Assembly (NCBI RefSeq): GCF_006345805.1
Contig: NC_043016.1
Coordinates: 4,340,001 to 4,404,000, forward strand
Length of the DNA: 64,000 nucleotides
Source of the DNA: Octopus sinensis
Lineage: Eukaryota
Direction of reading: 5' to 3'
The notes under the pieces are model-generated. The model was not told the origin of the DNA and ran no database searches. It worked only from the letters and a program-made list of their open reading frames with translations. The translations under genes and the position numbers were made by a program. Shown here one piece after another: positions 14,072 through 26,684 of this stretch (its first letter is position 1; each line of letters begins with the position of its first letter).

Positions 14072-14134
14072 AAAATACCTAAGAAAGGAAAGAGTCATCA
14101 GAGGGTGAACATTGTAAAAAGAAATGATGTAGTT
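14072..14134 (+). CDS. Candidate upstream or cassette exon of the MICU3 linker region (KIPKKGKSHQRVNIVKRNDVV)
   Basis: Acceptor ttcttctgcacctgcAG and donor GTT|GTgagt. 63 nt, open only in phase 0, compatible with the phase-0 start of exon 16673. No homology recognised. Confidence 0.35.
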
Positions 14135-14339
14135 GTGAGTGCTGGATCTGGAGGACTGGGTACAAGGATGATGAGAGTAGGAGAGACAAGCAGGTCAGCA
14201 TTTTCTAAGTAGAGGTGACATAAACTTAGTAGTTTAGAGAAGCAGAAGATATAATTTTGGGAAGAGGGCCAGTTGATTAGGTCAACCCCAGTATGCAACT
14301 GGTACTTTATTGGCCCCGAAAGGATAAAAGGCAAAGAAA

Positions 14340-15050
14340 CTATTATAATTGAAGTAGAAAAGACAACAATAATGGACAGTACACTAATGAGTAGAAGAAT
14401 GATTTGTGTCTTTGAGTGTCTTTATACCAATCAGTCAGGTGATTCTTTTCTAGATACAGTCTTGAAGATTTGTCTGTCTAAAGTGTGGAAGCAATATTCC
14501 ATTGTTAGTCTCATCTGCATCATTAATTGTTGGGAGATAAATATCTTATGGACAAGAAGAGAAGGGCCATTTTGATTCAGTCCTAGTTTAGAATGTACAT
14601 TTGCCATGAGAGATCCTTCGTAATAATGATAAGCTGGAACATTTAACACATTTATGCATGCTCTAGTCGCATGCTGCTCTGTACTGAAATATTTCTTTGG
14701 GTTGAGAAGCATGAGGTTTCTTGCTGTTGAAAGAAGCAAGAGTAGCACTTGCTCATTGGAAGGTGCTTTGAGGCCTCTGCTTATGGAACCAGTGTGACTT
14801 TAGCATTATGTGGTGTTTATGTAGACTGTGTCTGAATGATGTGCAGTTGGAACAGGTTGGGAAGAATAAAGAATAATATCATCTGCTTAAAAGTAAGCAT
14901 TTTTAGATGGAATTTATGGATATGAGGGTTGGGGAATGCACAAGTAGAGTGAGGAACAAAAAGAATTCTGTGAAGACACGAGAGCATATTATGGATGAGT
15001 TGTGTCTTACCAGATCCCACTATGTGAACAGTTTCAACAAATTTGCATGC
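14340..15050 (-). mobile_element. L2/CR1-like LINE RT C-terminal remnant
   Basis: Minus-strand traces of ADD (gcagatgat) and MRLTMEYCFH, similar to the RPTMEYCSHIW motif. Confidence 0.5.
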
Positions 15051-15884
15051 CACATACTGCCAAAAGCATTGTGTTTATTGTAGATTTATTTGTAGTCACT
15101 AAAGAGAAAAAGAGGTTCTGAAGATAGTTCTTAAAAGGTTTTAATCATAACAAAAATCTTAGTTTCTCTTTCAGAATTTTCTTTTTAAAACCTCATTGAT
15201 ATTATTAATACTCATATAGAAATTTATTTTCACTTTAATTTCTATCTACAAATATATTAAAGCAATTAATTTGTATGCACCTGGAAGTGATTACAATTAT
15301 AAATCATGACATGAATTTTATGTCACACACCTACACTGCACTGCAAACCTTATTTATGTGTATGTTTAATACACAAGTATTGTTGAATGGTTAAGCTGTT
15401 TGCTTTTGTGGCCATATGATTCCACATTTGGTTTTACTGGATGATACTTTGAGTAAGCATCTGCTGCTATTGCCTCAGAGTGTTCAATGTCTTGTTAGTG
15501 AAATTTGTTAGCTAGAATCTCTATGGAAGCATATATATATGTATGAATATATGTGTGTACATATATGTATATATAGTATATATGATTTGTGTGCAAACAT
15601 CTGTATTTAGAACTATGTCTTGTAAGTTAGCTCTTGAACAAATAGGGATTGGAAAAATAAGCAGTCTGAAGTTAGTTTTGGGGAAGATCTGATTGATTAA
15701 TTCCTTTTAAAGAAGTGCCCTAGCTTACTGTGTGTTAAATGAATAATGCCAGAAAAGTAATAACACACACACACACATTATTATACATCTGTCCAATCAG
15801 TGCTAACCAGGAACTAAACAACAACAAAAAAAAAAAGCAAGTGTCTATGCAGTCATTTGATCTGCTAGCAGTAGCAGCCCAAGC

Positions 15885-16050
15885 TTAATCCTTCAGCATC
15901 CAAACTGACCAGATCCAGCTTATCACACATACCCTCCAATGGCACAATCCCATCATTAAAATTTCAAGGCTATGAGATAATGAATGATTAATTCAAAACA
16001 GTGTGAATAAATGTTACTTTTGACAGAATAACCTGAATGCTAAAGGGTTA
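15885..16050 (+). mobile_element. piggyBac-type MITE, second copy
   Basis: TTAAtccttcagcat...aatgctaaagggtta TIRs. Internal sequence is homologous to 7744-7980. Confidence 0.6.
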
Positions 16051-16672
16051 CATCACACTTTACTGCCTTCGAGAAGGAAAAGACCCGTAGAGAAAATAAT
16101 AGCTGATTTTCTGATAGATGGTTGTGGTTGGAGGGCTTTCGTCATAAGTTAGATCTATTCAATCACAACAGGAGGAGAGCCAAACAATGACTCAAGTATT
16201 TACAGCCAACTAACAAAGAATCCTCTATGTCAATGATCCTTCATCCTCTTGTCTCTCTGAATTTCACCATTTACCCCTTTATTCCCATTCAAAAATATAT
16301 TCTAGATAATCTGTAAATGTAAAAGCTTTTCTCAGTGCCAAAACACTAGTTTTGAGGGAGTATATTAATGGTTGTTATTGCATGTAAATTTATTAGTATG
16401 ACATGTGTATAAATTATTTTGATCCCTAGCTCTGTCTTCCTATTTTGTTATTATTTTCTCTCTCTCTCCCTCATATACATGTGCACAAATTCACTCTCCC
16501 TTTCACTCAAATACAAGCACCCTTAACACTCATCTTTCCCTCTGACTATATTATGTTTGTATGTGTGGTATTTTATATTAGTGTGTTTCTTTGTAGCTAA
16601 ATGTTCATCACCTGTTTTGTCTGCCATTTCTTCTTAATGTTCAACTTTTTATTCTTGCAATTTACTTTTCAG

Positions 16673-16767
16673 GAAATAGCATGTAGACATGTTACCGATA
16701 CCACTTTGTTAGTGCACTTCTTTGGAGCAAATGGCACTGATGTCCTCAATTATGATGATTTCCACAG
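16673..16767 (+). CDS. MICU3: MICU3-like calcium uptake protein, internal coding exon (EIACRHVTDTTLLVHFFGANGTDVLNYDDFHR)
   Basis: Acceptor tttacttttcAG at 16671-16672 and donor AG|GTaac at 16768. 95 nt, phase 0 to phase 2. The peptide matches the MICU2/3 motif VTDTTLLVHFFG. The split codon ag|a joins in frame to the exon at 43090. Confidence 0.93.
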
Positions 16768-17671
16768 GTAACAAATTAATTTATTGATATTGTTTTTTTT
16801 AAACAATTGCAAATGACATTCCACTGCCTCAGACAGTGCATCTCTGTCTGTAAACTTGTGTTGGTGTGTCAGACCGTTTCTGCTTTGTTGTGTGGTTTTG
16901 GTGCAATTCTGGCGTTTCATGAGTTGCGTAATGATTGTTTTATATGTAAATGTGTTGTTGATGTAATATGTTTTAGTATTAAGCTGGAATTTTCTAGTCT
17001 ATTTTGAGTTTTATTAGTGAAAAGCATTTGTGTTGATTGTGAGTTTTGTAGGTTGTCAGTATTGTAGTGTCAGGAGTCAGTTATGTAAGAGAGTATGTGT
17101 AGTGTTACTATATTGTGTTGTGAAGTGTGTAAAATATGTACTAACATGAAATTTGCTTGGTGCTGATTCCATAGGGTATGTTTTTTAATACTGTGTTAAT
17201 TATCTAGAAGATGATTGTATGAGGGGCTATACAGTATAAATTGTTTTATTTTTATGAGTAGTGTGCAATTGAGTTTCACTACTAAGTGTTGTTGTATGAA
17301 ATATGGTTTGTATGGGTTGCATTGTACAAAATATCACTTGCATAAAATATGAGTTTTGTGAGAGCCTGGAATGTTATTTGCTGAAAAATAAGTTGCAAAT
17401 GTGCATTGTTCAACAGGATTGTGATAGTTGCTTGTTGGCAATGCTTGCTGAAGGCATTTATTATTATTTTTTCTGTAAATGGTAAGATTCACTGGTCAAT
17501 TAATTCTTCAGGTCCCTACTGGGTCAATGCTTTCATTTTCAAATTCAAAAAGTACTCTTTTAAAAACAGTTTGTATTTTATTATGCTGGCTCCTCTTGTG
17601 TTTAACAAACGAGACAGAACAAAAGTGACAGCTACAAGGAAGAGAAAGGTGAAGCAGCTTCCCTCTTGTAA

Positions 17672-17945
17672 ATCATCATTGTTTAACCTCTGCTTTCCAT
17701 GCTAGCATGAGTTGGACGGTTCGACTGGGGTCTGGGAAGCCAGGAGGCTGCACCAGGCCCAGTCTGATCTGGCAGTGTTTCTACAGCTGGATGCCCTTCC
17801 TAACGCCAACCACTCCGTGAGTGTAGTGGGTGCTTTTTACGTGCCAGACAAGGCTGGCAACAGCTATGATCGGTTTGTGCTTTTTACATGCCACCGGTAC
17901 AGAGGCCAGTCGAGGCGGCACTGGTATCACAACTACAATTTCCAT
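17672..17945 (-). mobile_element. RTE 3'-UTR copy
   Basis: Reverse complement of the 11241-11425 element, including the (cat)n tail. Confidence 0.85.
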
Positions 17946-18909
17946 TGATTTTTGATCGATTTCGACAGTGGTAAAAGCAAAAAAACTCTTGTTAGTTATG
18001 ATCTACATGACAATGTGATTGACTTTGTGCAAGAAATTGTGGTCTTGATTATGGCTTTCTTTGCTTCTGTTTAGAAAAGGGGGACTGTTGTGAAAAACTT
18101 CTAACAGCACCTGAGATACTGTTAGTAACAGTTGGTGAGATGTATTATATTCTCCTTCTTTTGTTTTCATGTTTTCACAGACAACCTCAGTGCAAGCCAA
18201 TAGGCAAACGTTACTGTTGTTGTTGTTGAATAGACCACAATGTCAGCTCGGTTAGTGTAACACCTAGGAGTAATTCATAGGTTCAACATCCTAGGTATAC
18301 AGTTATATGTGTACAGATAATGATGTTTGGCATTCAAGCTGTGGACTTTGCCATTATTGTGAGGAATGTCATCATAAAATTTAAGCCATAAAATATATGT
18401 TACTTATTTTATAAGATGTAAAGAGTTGCTTAGATTGTGTCATTGTTGCTCATTGTCACAAAATTTTGGTGCATTATATTTAATTTTTAAATAAGGAAAT
18501 TCTTTTTGTATGTTTGCTTTTAGTTTGTATTTTTATCCTTTCAGTTTAAGTTTTAGGGACCTAAAGTCTTTGCTGGCTCTCCTTGATATGCGACGTTCAT
18601 TCATGTGGCAACAGTTATCTGGAACATGGGCAGGCACGTTTTGATAACACTGTATTTAGTACTAAGAATACTTGATTGGATTTGATATTATGAGAAGGCA
18701 ATGTGCCTCAAAGTAGAAGAGCTTGGGATACAGTTTATTCAGTGAAAAGAGCAGAAGCTATTGTAATTAGAAGAGATAAAGTGAGAATGAGTACCACAAT
18801 CATTTAGCTGTTGTGTGTGTGTGTTTTTGATGTTGTCTAGAATGTGTGTCAGTTTTCATTCTTTTAACCAAGGACACAGAACAGCCAGTTTCATGAGGTG
18901 TACCACCAA

Positions 18910-19769
18910 CCAAAATACAAAATCTAAATTGTTTTGCTAGAAATGTTCTTGATGAGTATTTGATAAAATATGTTGTATTGATTTGGTGATTAATTTGGTA
19001 AATGTTGCTGGTTGTGTGTACATCTATATGGAAAGGGAGAGAGTATATATACGTGTCCTATAAATACAAACTGCTTTTAAAAGAGTACTTAATTGACCAG
19101 TGAATCTTACCATTTACAGAAAAAATAATAATAAGTGTGGTCAGCTGATAAGCTAGCATGGGTTTCTGAAAACAAGTTTCTCAATGTTCTAGAAATAGTG
19201 TTCAAATTTTGCCTTAAACTGTACTCTGTTGCTTCAAAGAAAAAGTACACAAATAAATTATAATGCCAAATACACCATATGAAAATAAAATGGGACATCA
19301 CATCCATTAGGAATAGCTTGATTGTAGGTGTGCATGATTAGGACTGATATGATGTAAGCAGCAACAACAACAACTACTTCAGCTGTAGTTTTTATCGCTA
19401 CTATAATAAAACATTGTTACTTTACTAACTTAGTAAATAACTAATAAATAATAGAATGCTGAAATGCCCATCATTGTAAACCCAGTTGAATAAGTAATTT
19501 TACAAAAACAATTTATCATTTATTGTTAAGAGGATTATATCTAAAGAAAAAGAATTATAAAAAGCAAAATAGTCTGACAGAAATAAAACCTTCAGACAAA
19601 TTGAGACTGAAATGAAATCCAAAATCAAAATCTAAATTGTATTGCTAGAAATGTTCTTGATGAGTATTTGATAAAATATGTTGTATTGATTTGGTGATTA
19701 ATTTGGTAAATGTTGCTGGTTGTGTGTACATCTATATGGAAAGAGAGAGAGTATATATACGTGTCCTAT
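18910..19769. repeat. About 150-bp near-identical direct duplication (18910-19060 and 19620-19769) with an intervening inverted copy of 17458-17580
   Basis: Read directly from the sequence; only a few substitutions between copies. Confidence 0.9.
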
Positions 19770-19936
19770 GTATTTTTTTGTGTCTACTATCATTGCTCAC
19801 CATATCACTTACCCTCCCCATACCATTTTCTCTTTCTTTTGTCGAAAAGAGAGAAAAAAAAGCACAAAAATGCAACAAGTATGTAATTACCATAGTGGAG
19901 TGGAATACTTCCTTCAAATCAATCCTGTTTCAGACA

Positions 19937-20080
<144 letters not shown>

Positions 20081-20756
20081 TTCTGGAGTAGATGATCACA
20101 TTAGATTTATCACACTGAAATATTGTGCATTTGTGATTATTTTTATTTCCCAATATATAATATATTTATGTTGAATAACACACGTTATACAGACACAAGG
20201 AATTTAAGATGCAAAGGTAATCCTTATTCACGTGTGCTTTTGATAGACATAATTTAATTACATTTTTGGAAAGTAAAATAAGAGGTTACAGCACAGGCTT
20301 ATCTCCCCATGGATTGAGAAAAATGGAATCCATTGCTCGTTTTCTGCCAATGCACAAATAAATCTGTCCGGCAATTATTTTGTTTACTTTAACACTAGGG
20401 CTAAATTTTGTAAGAATATTGATATGGTCCCATTTCATGTGTAACAGTTTTTTATGGATTCTCTGCAGTAGTTATTGATAATTCGTCAGGAAAATGCCAT
20501 ATTCATAGCAGAAAATAAATAAACAATAATAACCACAGATAAAAGAAAATTAATAAATGTAATCAATGGTATAGCATCATTCAAATGTAATCTGTTCATA
20601 TTTTTCCCGTGGTATCAAAAAAAAAAATCTTGCCAAAACCCTTAGACAGAATAATATCTTCAAATGTAGAAACAAGAAATAAGGAAAAATAAGAAATTAT
20701 TTTACATAAACATTTATCTCTGGAATATGTATATATTGTGCATTTGTGTATGTGTG

Positions 20757-20799
<43 letters not shown>

Positions 20800-21248
20800 A
20801 TATATATAGGTGTATATAAATATATATATATGTGTGTGTGTGTATGTATATATAGCTGAAGGATTAAAATTATTCAAAGGATATACTATGTATGTCTACT
20901 TCCTGGAAATAATAGTCAAAACTCTTATTTAAATTGCCAAAACACACTGATAATGACTACAGAAATCAACGGTGCGAAGCTAAATGGGCTAAGACAATCT
21001 CCCAACATACGCTTAAGTATTTGGGCTCATGTGGACCAGTTTCTGCAATGGCAAAAATAGCCTCACTTTTCTTAGCAGGCATTACCATGATGGAGACTCC
21101 CAACCTGTCATGTTGAAGTCTGCGCTGCAACTGATTCGTTTTGCAATGAGATCATGTCAGCCACCAGTGTGAAAATAATTTCAATACAGAACAAACGATT
21201 CACGATGATATCTTTGCAAATTATTTTTTCTCATGAATTGTTTGTTCC

Positions 21249-21276
<28 letters not shown>

Positions 21277-21282
<6 letters not shown>

Positions 21283-21690
21283 CTTCTGATCATTTGGTAG
21301 CCCTGCATGTGGGGAGTAGGTAGAGATAATTGTAGCTGTGCTGTTCTGCATGACTAGCCTGAGCTTAAGCACTCTACCGCATACCCTAACAACCTCTATG
21401 AGCTTATCCACACATTTCTCTGCAAGGAGTATGCCTACGCCCCCTATACCATCCATGTTACCTTGCCAGAAGACTTTATACCTATATGCCTTGCCTGTGA
21501 GGACCCTAGCTGTAGCTCCTCTCCATCTTACCTCTTGTATGCAGCATACATCAACCCGTCTCCTTTCAAGCACCTCTACAATCTCACTAGACCTACCTTT
21601 CAGTGTGCCGACATTGACAGTGCCAACTCTGAAAACTGGGAAGGAAATGCGAGGTGAGGTTTGGGGAGGAGGGATGTTATTCAGCACCTG
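21277..21690 (-). mobile_element. RTE LINE apurinic-endonuclease (APE) N-terminal fragment
   Basis: The ORF reads GTVNVGTLKGRSSEIVEVLERRRVDVCCIQEVRW...GGVGILLAEK...IISTYSPH. It is truncated at a (TA)n run. Confidence 0.9.
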
Positions 21691-21954
21691 AAAAGAAGAG
21701 GTATATTATTAACTACATATACTTAATGTATATGCTTCGTGTATTTTCCATAGTGTGGCAGAGTATATACACTCTTAAAGTGCCAGGTGTTAAAACACCT
21801 TAGAGTCATGGTCAAGTGAAATAACTCACCTTCAATCCCATTTGGGAGTGATGGTCACCGAATGTTTCACCATTTTTGTGGCTTGTCAACATTACATACG
21901 TTATTATGCATAATGTGAGTATGTGTATATATATATTGTGTGTCTCTCCATATC

Positions 21955-22300
21955 ATCATAATCATCCAACATCTCTCTTTCATTCTTGCATGAGTTGGAC
22001 AATGTGAGAGGGTCCAACAGGTCAGAGGGCTGCATCTGGCTCCAATATATACTTTGACATGGTTTTGGTGCATGGTTACCCTTCTTAATGCCAATCATTT
22101 TACAGTTTATAACTGATCTCTTTTGTGACACCAGCTCTAGTAAGGTCACCAAGCAACTCACAAGGCAAAGAAACAGCTGTCTCATCTGAGGAGGATCTTA
22201 GTAGACTGTTTTATGCCAAGTGTTGAGAGTTTAGGTATGATAGAAGAACAGGCTTGCATGTTTTGTTGTAGAGGAGGTACCTGGCTATCTAGCAAAATAT
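21955..22300 (-). mobile_element. Decayed RTE 3'-UTR copy
   Basis: (cat)n tail, then ttcattcttgcatgagttggac...cccttcttaatgccaatcattttacag. Confidence 0.6.
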
Positions 22301-22559
22301 AATTTTGACTGATATTTTGACAATTCTATTGATGGTTTGTATCTGTTGTCTTCTAATTAACTTTCTTCTTTCTGGTTATGAGAACCCTAACTTGTCAAGA
22401 TTGGTATTCAGGCAGCTGGTTACATATCTAAGAGCCCCAATAATTATGGCTATAAATCCAACCATTGTACACTCATACACACATCTGTATTATACACACA
22501 TACAAATACACATGAATACATTTATGGGAAACCTAGCTGGAAGATGGTGGCAGGGAACA

Positions 22560-22900
22560 ATATCAAACAGCTAGAAAGGCAACCAAGCAACATGTATACT
22601 CAGATGAGGGTGAGAGAGAAAGGAATAAATTGGCATTTGCTCTGTGATGTCAGGATGAGAAGTGTGAAGTGTTCAGGAATGCACGACAGTGTGTGAGAAA
22701 GAACTTGGATGTCATTGGTAAGAATTGTATTCAGAATGATGAAAGTGTACTCACCACTGATAAGGAAGATGAGGCTGTTGAATATAGAGAAAGAATAGGA
22801 CAGAAAAGGACTACAACATGCTGACCTTACAGAGGTATCAGTAATTCAATTTGACAGCAGCAGCATGGTAGATAAAATGATTTAAGGCATAAGAGAAGGA
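22560..22900 (+). mobile_element. Decayed RTE LINE linker fragment
   Basis: The + strand reads EVFRNARQCVRKNLDVIGKNCIQNDE, similar to the RTE region between APE and RT. Confidence 0.5.
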
Positions 22901-23569
22901 AAACTGTGCGTCCAACAGAAATAATTGTAGATATGCTCCTCAAGATATCAAATGAAGTAAGGTACATGGTTATCGCCTAGATAGCTAAACAAATCATACC
23001 TAATGACTTTTCATCCTCCAGCATTTCTTTATTTTATTCACCCTCTCACCTATTACCTACTTCTGGTTATCTGTCATTCCCCCATATGCTCTTGCAACCT
23101 CTTCTAACTTATGCGTCCTGTTCTCACGGCCCCATATACTTCTACTCATCTTACATATTGAGAGTCCACTCTGACACTTCTTCACCACTATTCTTGTTTT
23201 CTAACAGCTCCATCCTAGCCACTTCTGCCCTCTCTTATAAGTTGCTGTGTAGCTTTTCTACATCAAGAAACCATTTCTCGTGCTTTAATCCCTCATCTCA
23301 TAGCATAAAACCAGCTCCCTCTCTACTGTGGTCTTTGTACTGTAGTCAAAGGAGTCTTAGTCTTGTAGGCTTCATAGCAATCTCATCTGTATGAAAATAG
23401 CCTCCTGTACATGGTGTAAAATAGTTGGTGATAGGAAGGGTATCTAGCCACAGAAACCATGCCACAGAAGACTGTAGAGTATGATATATGCTAGCATAGG
23501 ACATGGACATTGAACGATGGTAATGGTTATGATATATATGTGTGTGTGTGTACACACACACACACACTT

Positions 23570-23805
23570 TCCACTTGTGCATGGATTTGGTTGCTAGAAA
23601 CTGAAAGAAGCCCATCATATATGTGTGAGGGCCAGTGTTAGTGTGTTTACATCCCTGTAACTTAGTGGTTTAACAAAAGAGACTGATAGAGTAAGTGCCA
23701 AGCTTAAAAAACAAGTCCTGGGGTTTATTTGTTTGACTAAAATACTTCAAGTTGGTGCCCAAGCATGGCCGCAGTCAAATGAGTGAAAGTAAAAGTTAAA
23801 AGATA
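23570..23805 (+). mobile_element. SINE 3' half (family with an internal microsatellite)
   Basis: ggatttggt...gaaactgaaagaagcccatc...catccctgtaacttagtggtt...gcagtcaaatgagtgaaa. Homologous to 39100-39430. Confidence 0.65.
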
Positions 23806-23821
23806 CAGATATATATATATA

Positions 23822-24001
23822 TAAAAGCACCCACTACACTCGCGGAGTGGTTGGCGTTAGGAAGGGCATCCAGCTGTAGAAACACTGCCAGACTAGACTG
23901 GAGCCTGGGGCAGTCCCGAGCTCCCCAGACCCCGGTCGAAACCGTCCAACCCGTGCTAGCGCGGAAAACGGACGTTAAACGATGATGATGATGATGATGA
24001 T
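23822..24001 (+). mobile_element. RTE 3'-UTR copy with (GAT)n tail
   Basis: Near-identical to 11241-11425. Confidence 0.85.
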
Positions 24002-24649
24002 ATACATGCACACACACACACACACACACACTATTTAGACATGTATTTGCTACAAGATAAATAGTTAACTATAAATTGGGTTATTTAGAGTTGTGGCATT
24101 TGTCTTCTTGAGAAAAATGGAACAGAGTTCAACAGCCCATAAAAATACCTAATTACTAGTGAGCCAGATCCTATCTCTACAAAATGAACTCAGGCCTTGG
24201 TTCTTTTGCAGACTTCTCCATAATAGCACTATTTGCTGGACCGTTCTTCACAAGTAGAATGCAGCTTTTGGTGGCCATTGATCTGAACAAATTGAGATAC
24301 AAACTGAACCAGATGGATCATATTTTGAACATTATAATCTCTTAATTCATTGTTTCCTAAGAACTCGTATGAGTAATTAACAAAACTGACACGGGTATAC
24401 AATGATGGGGTGCTGAAAAATTCCTGGAGGCCCAACCTTCTGAATTCTTTTTCAGGGATTAGAAAAACTGAAGGATTACTGCAATAGGCATGTGAATCTG
24501 AGAGGGGATTATGTTGAATAAAATCATAATTAACTGATGACCCTCCTGTAATTTCTTTTACCCGAAAGCCAGGAGCTTTTCCACAAACTCTTATAAGATT
24601 CAGACATATATAGGTTAAATGCAGCACTGATCTAATCTTCTTTTCTACT

Positions 24650-24853
24650 CTAGGCACAAGGCCTGAAATTCTGGGAGAGGGGCGGGGGGCAATCAATTAG
24701 ACCGACCCCAGTTCGCAACTGGTACTTAATTTATCAACCCCAGAAGGATGAAAGACAAAGCTGACCTTGGTGGAATTTGAACTCAAGAACATAAAGACGA
24801 AATACGGCTAAGCATTTCACCCGGTGTGCTAATGTTTCTGCCAGCTTGCCACC
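24650..24853 (-). mobile_element. tRNA-derived SINE with Deu/Nin-like central domain
   Basis: Reverse complement reads gctggcagaaacattagc...gagttcaaattcc...ctttcatccttctggggttgataaattaagtacc. Homologous to 31283-31505. Confidence 0.8.
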
Positions 24854-26684
24854 TTCTAATCTAATGTATCATGTCACAAAGTGCTCGTTAACATTAAGGT
24901 AGGATATTGAGAGGTGTGGCATTAATCACATGATCAATAGGGATCAGACTTTTAACAGCTAAAAAAACAAATACATGAAACTACATTGAGCACATGTAAA
25001 AATACATATTTAGATCTGGGTCAGTTCCTTCTTTTGCAAGCCAGATTCAAGGCTTACTTCATCAGTTTGTGGTGTATAATATTTTTGTAATATTCACTTT
25101 TTTAAAAATTTTAAATGGTTATTTCAATAAATATATCAGTTAATATTACATACTAATTCAGTTTATATAAACCGAAGTGGTTGCAACAAGCCAAGGAGTG
25201 GAGACCAGTACCATAAAAAGTATTTATTGATTTGGTTGATTAAATAAATAAGCAATCATCTAAATATGAAGAGTGTTAGGGGTCGTACGGATCGTTACTT
25301 AAACACACACGCACACGCACACATTTTTGTTTTGGTGTGGGATGGTGGAGGCTGTAGTTAATCAGTGCTGCTTGCAATGAAACAAACTGTTCATAGTGGC
25401 AGGTGGGGAGCACTGAAGATATAAGTGAAACAGTAAAGGATTATTATTTTAGGAATCAGACCAGAAAGGCCTTTAGAGCTATAGTAGAGTCACATTTCTA
25501 AAACATCTCGTTAATGATCATGGTGTGAAGTATGGTCAGAAATAGGCAATAATAATAATAGTAATAATAATATTGATGATGATACCAGACCACCTGAGAC
25601 TTCAAACTAGATGTATAAGTTTTTTTTTTCTTTTTAAATATTTTCCTTGTTACCTACTTTACCTAGGTTACAAAAACAAGATTGTAAAAAAAAAAAGACT
25701 TCAAACTGTAACATAAAATGCTAAAGAGTAAGAATAACAAATAGTTAATGCAACAACAACTATAGCAGACAGCTCTAGTGGTTGGAATATATACATATAT
25801 ATATATATATACATACGCACACACACACACACACGAATATATATATCTATAAAATAAAATTATTTTAATGATGTACCACAAAATATTTTCTTTTCAACAC
25901 CCATACTCTGCTCACAAATGTGTGCGTTTGTGTGTGTATGCCAAATAGTGCTCATAAATGAGTGTGTCTAAACATATACATGGCAGCTCATACGTGTATA
26001 TGTTAGCAGTCGTGCTTTAAACACTTTCTTTCCAGCTTCTCTTTCATATACCTAGTGGTGATAATCATATTCATACATAAATCCAAGACTGTCTTAACTG
26101 AGTACACTATGAATCATTGTCTTAAATAAAATGATTGAGAATTCGTTCTTTGCCCTTTCTGCTGTTTAAAAATTTTTCAAACTCTTATTCATTTCTTTCA
26201 TCACCATTCATTACTGAATGAAGTGAAATTAACTAAAAGCCTCTTGCGTTATATGAAGAATATGTTGTAGAAGAATAGTTTACTGCTTCACAGAATAATA
26301 ATAATAATAATGATGATGATGATGATGGATCTTTTGAGCGGGATGAGCTACTCAACCTGAAGAAATTCTATCTGGGCCTCACCTGCAAGGTCATGCTCTG
26401 TTTATATTGATATGAGATCACCATATCGTGCACATATGGTTGTGATGCATGTGCTTGGTGTACCCTTATCAGACGGGTCATCATGATGGGTATACTGGGC
26501 TTTGTATATTTGTACCCCAGTGCTCTCTCATTCAATAATGATTTCTTTTATAATAATTGTTGTCATCATAAGAATTTATAAGCTATCAAGAGAACATGAA
26601 ATGATTCTTTTTCAGAAGTGGATCTCAAAGCAAATAAATGCGATGCATAATGAATACTCTTATTTATTGCTTATAGCATTTATG

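Noticed and set aside
1-16672. Expected first EF-hand exon(s) of MICU3 (AFxMFDTDGN-type)
   Set aside because: No such sequence was found by eye. It presumably lies upstream of the window.
24229-24696. 155-aa minus-strand ORF
   Set aside because: It starts in a SINE tail and continues through low-complexity intron. No recognisable domain.
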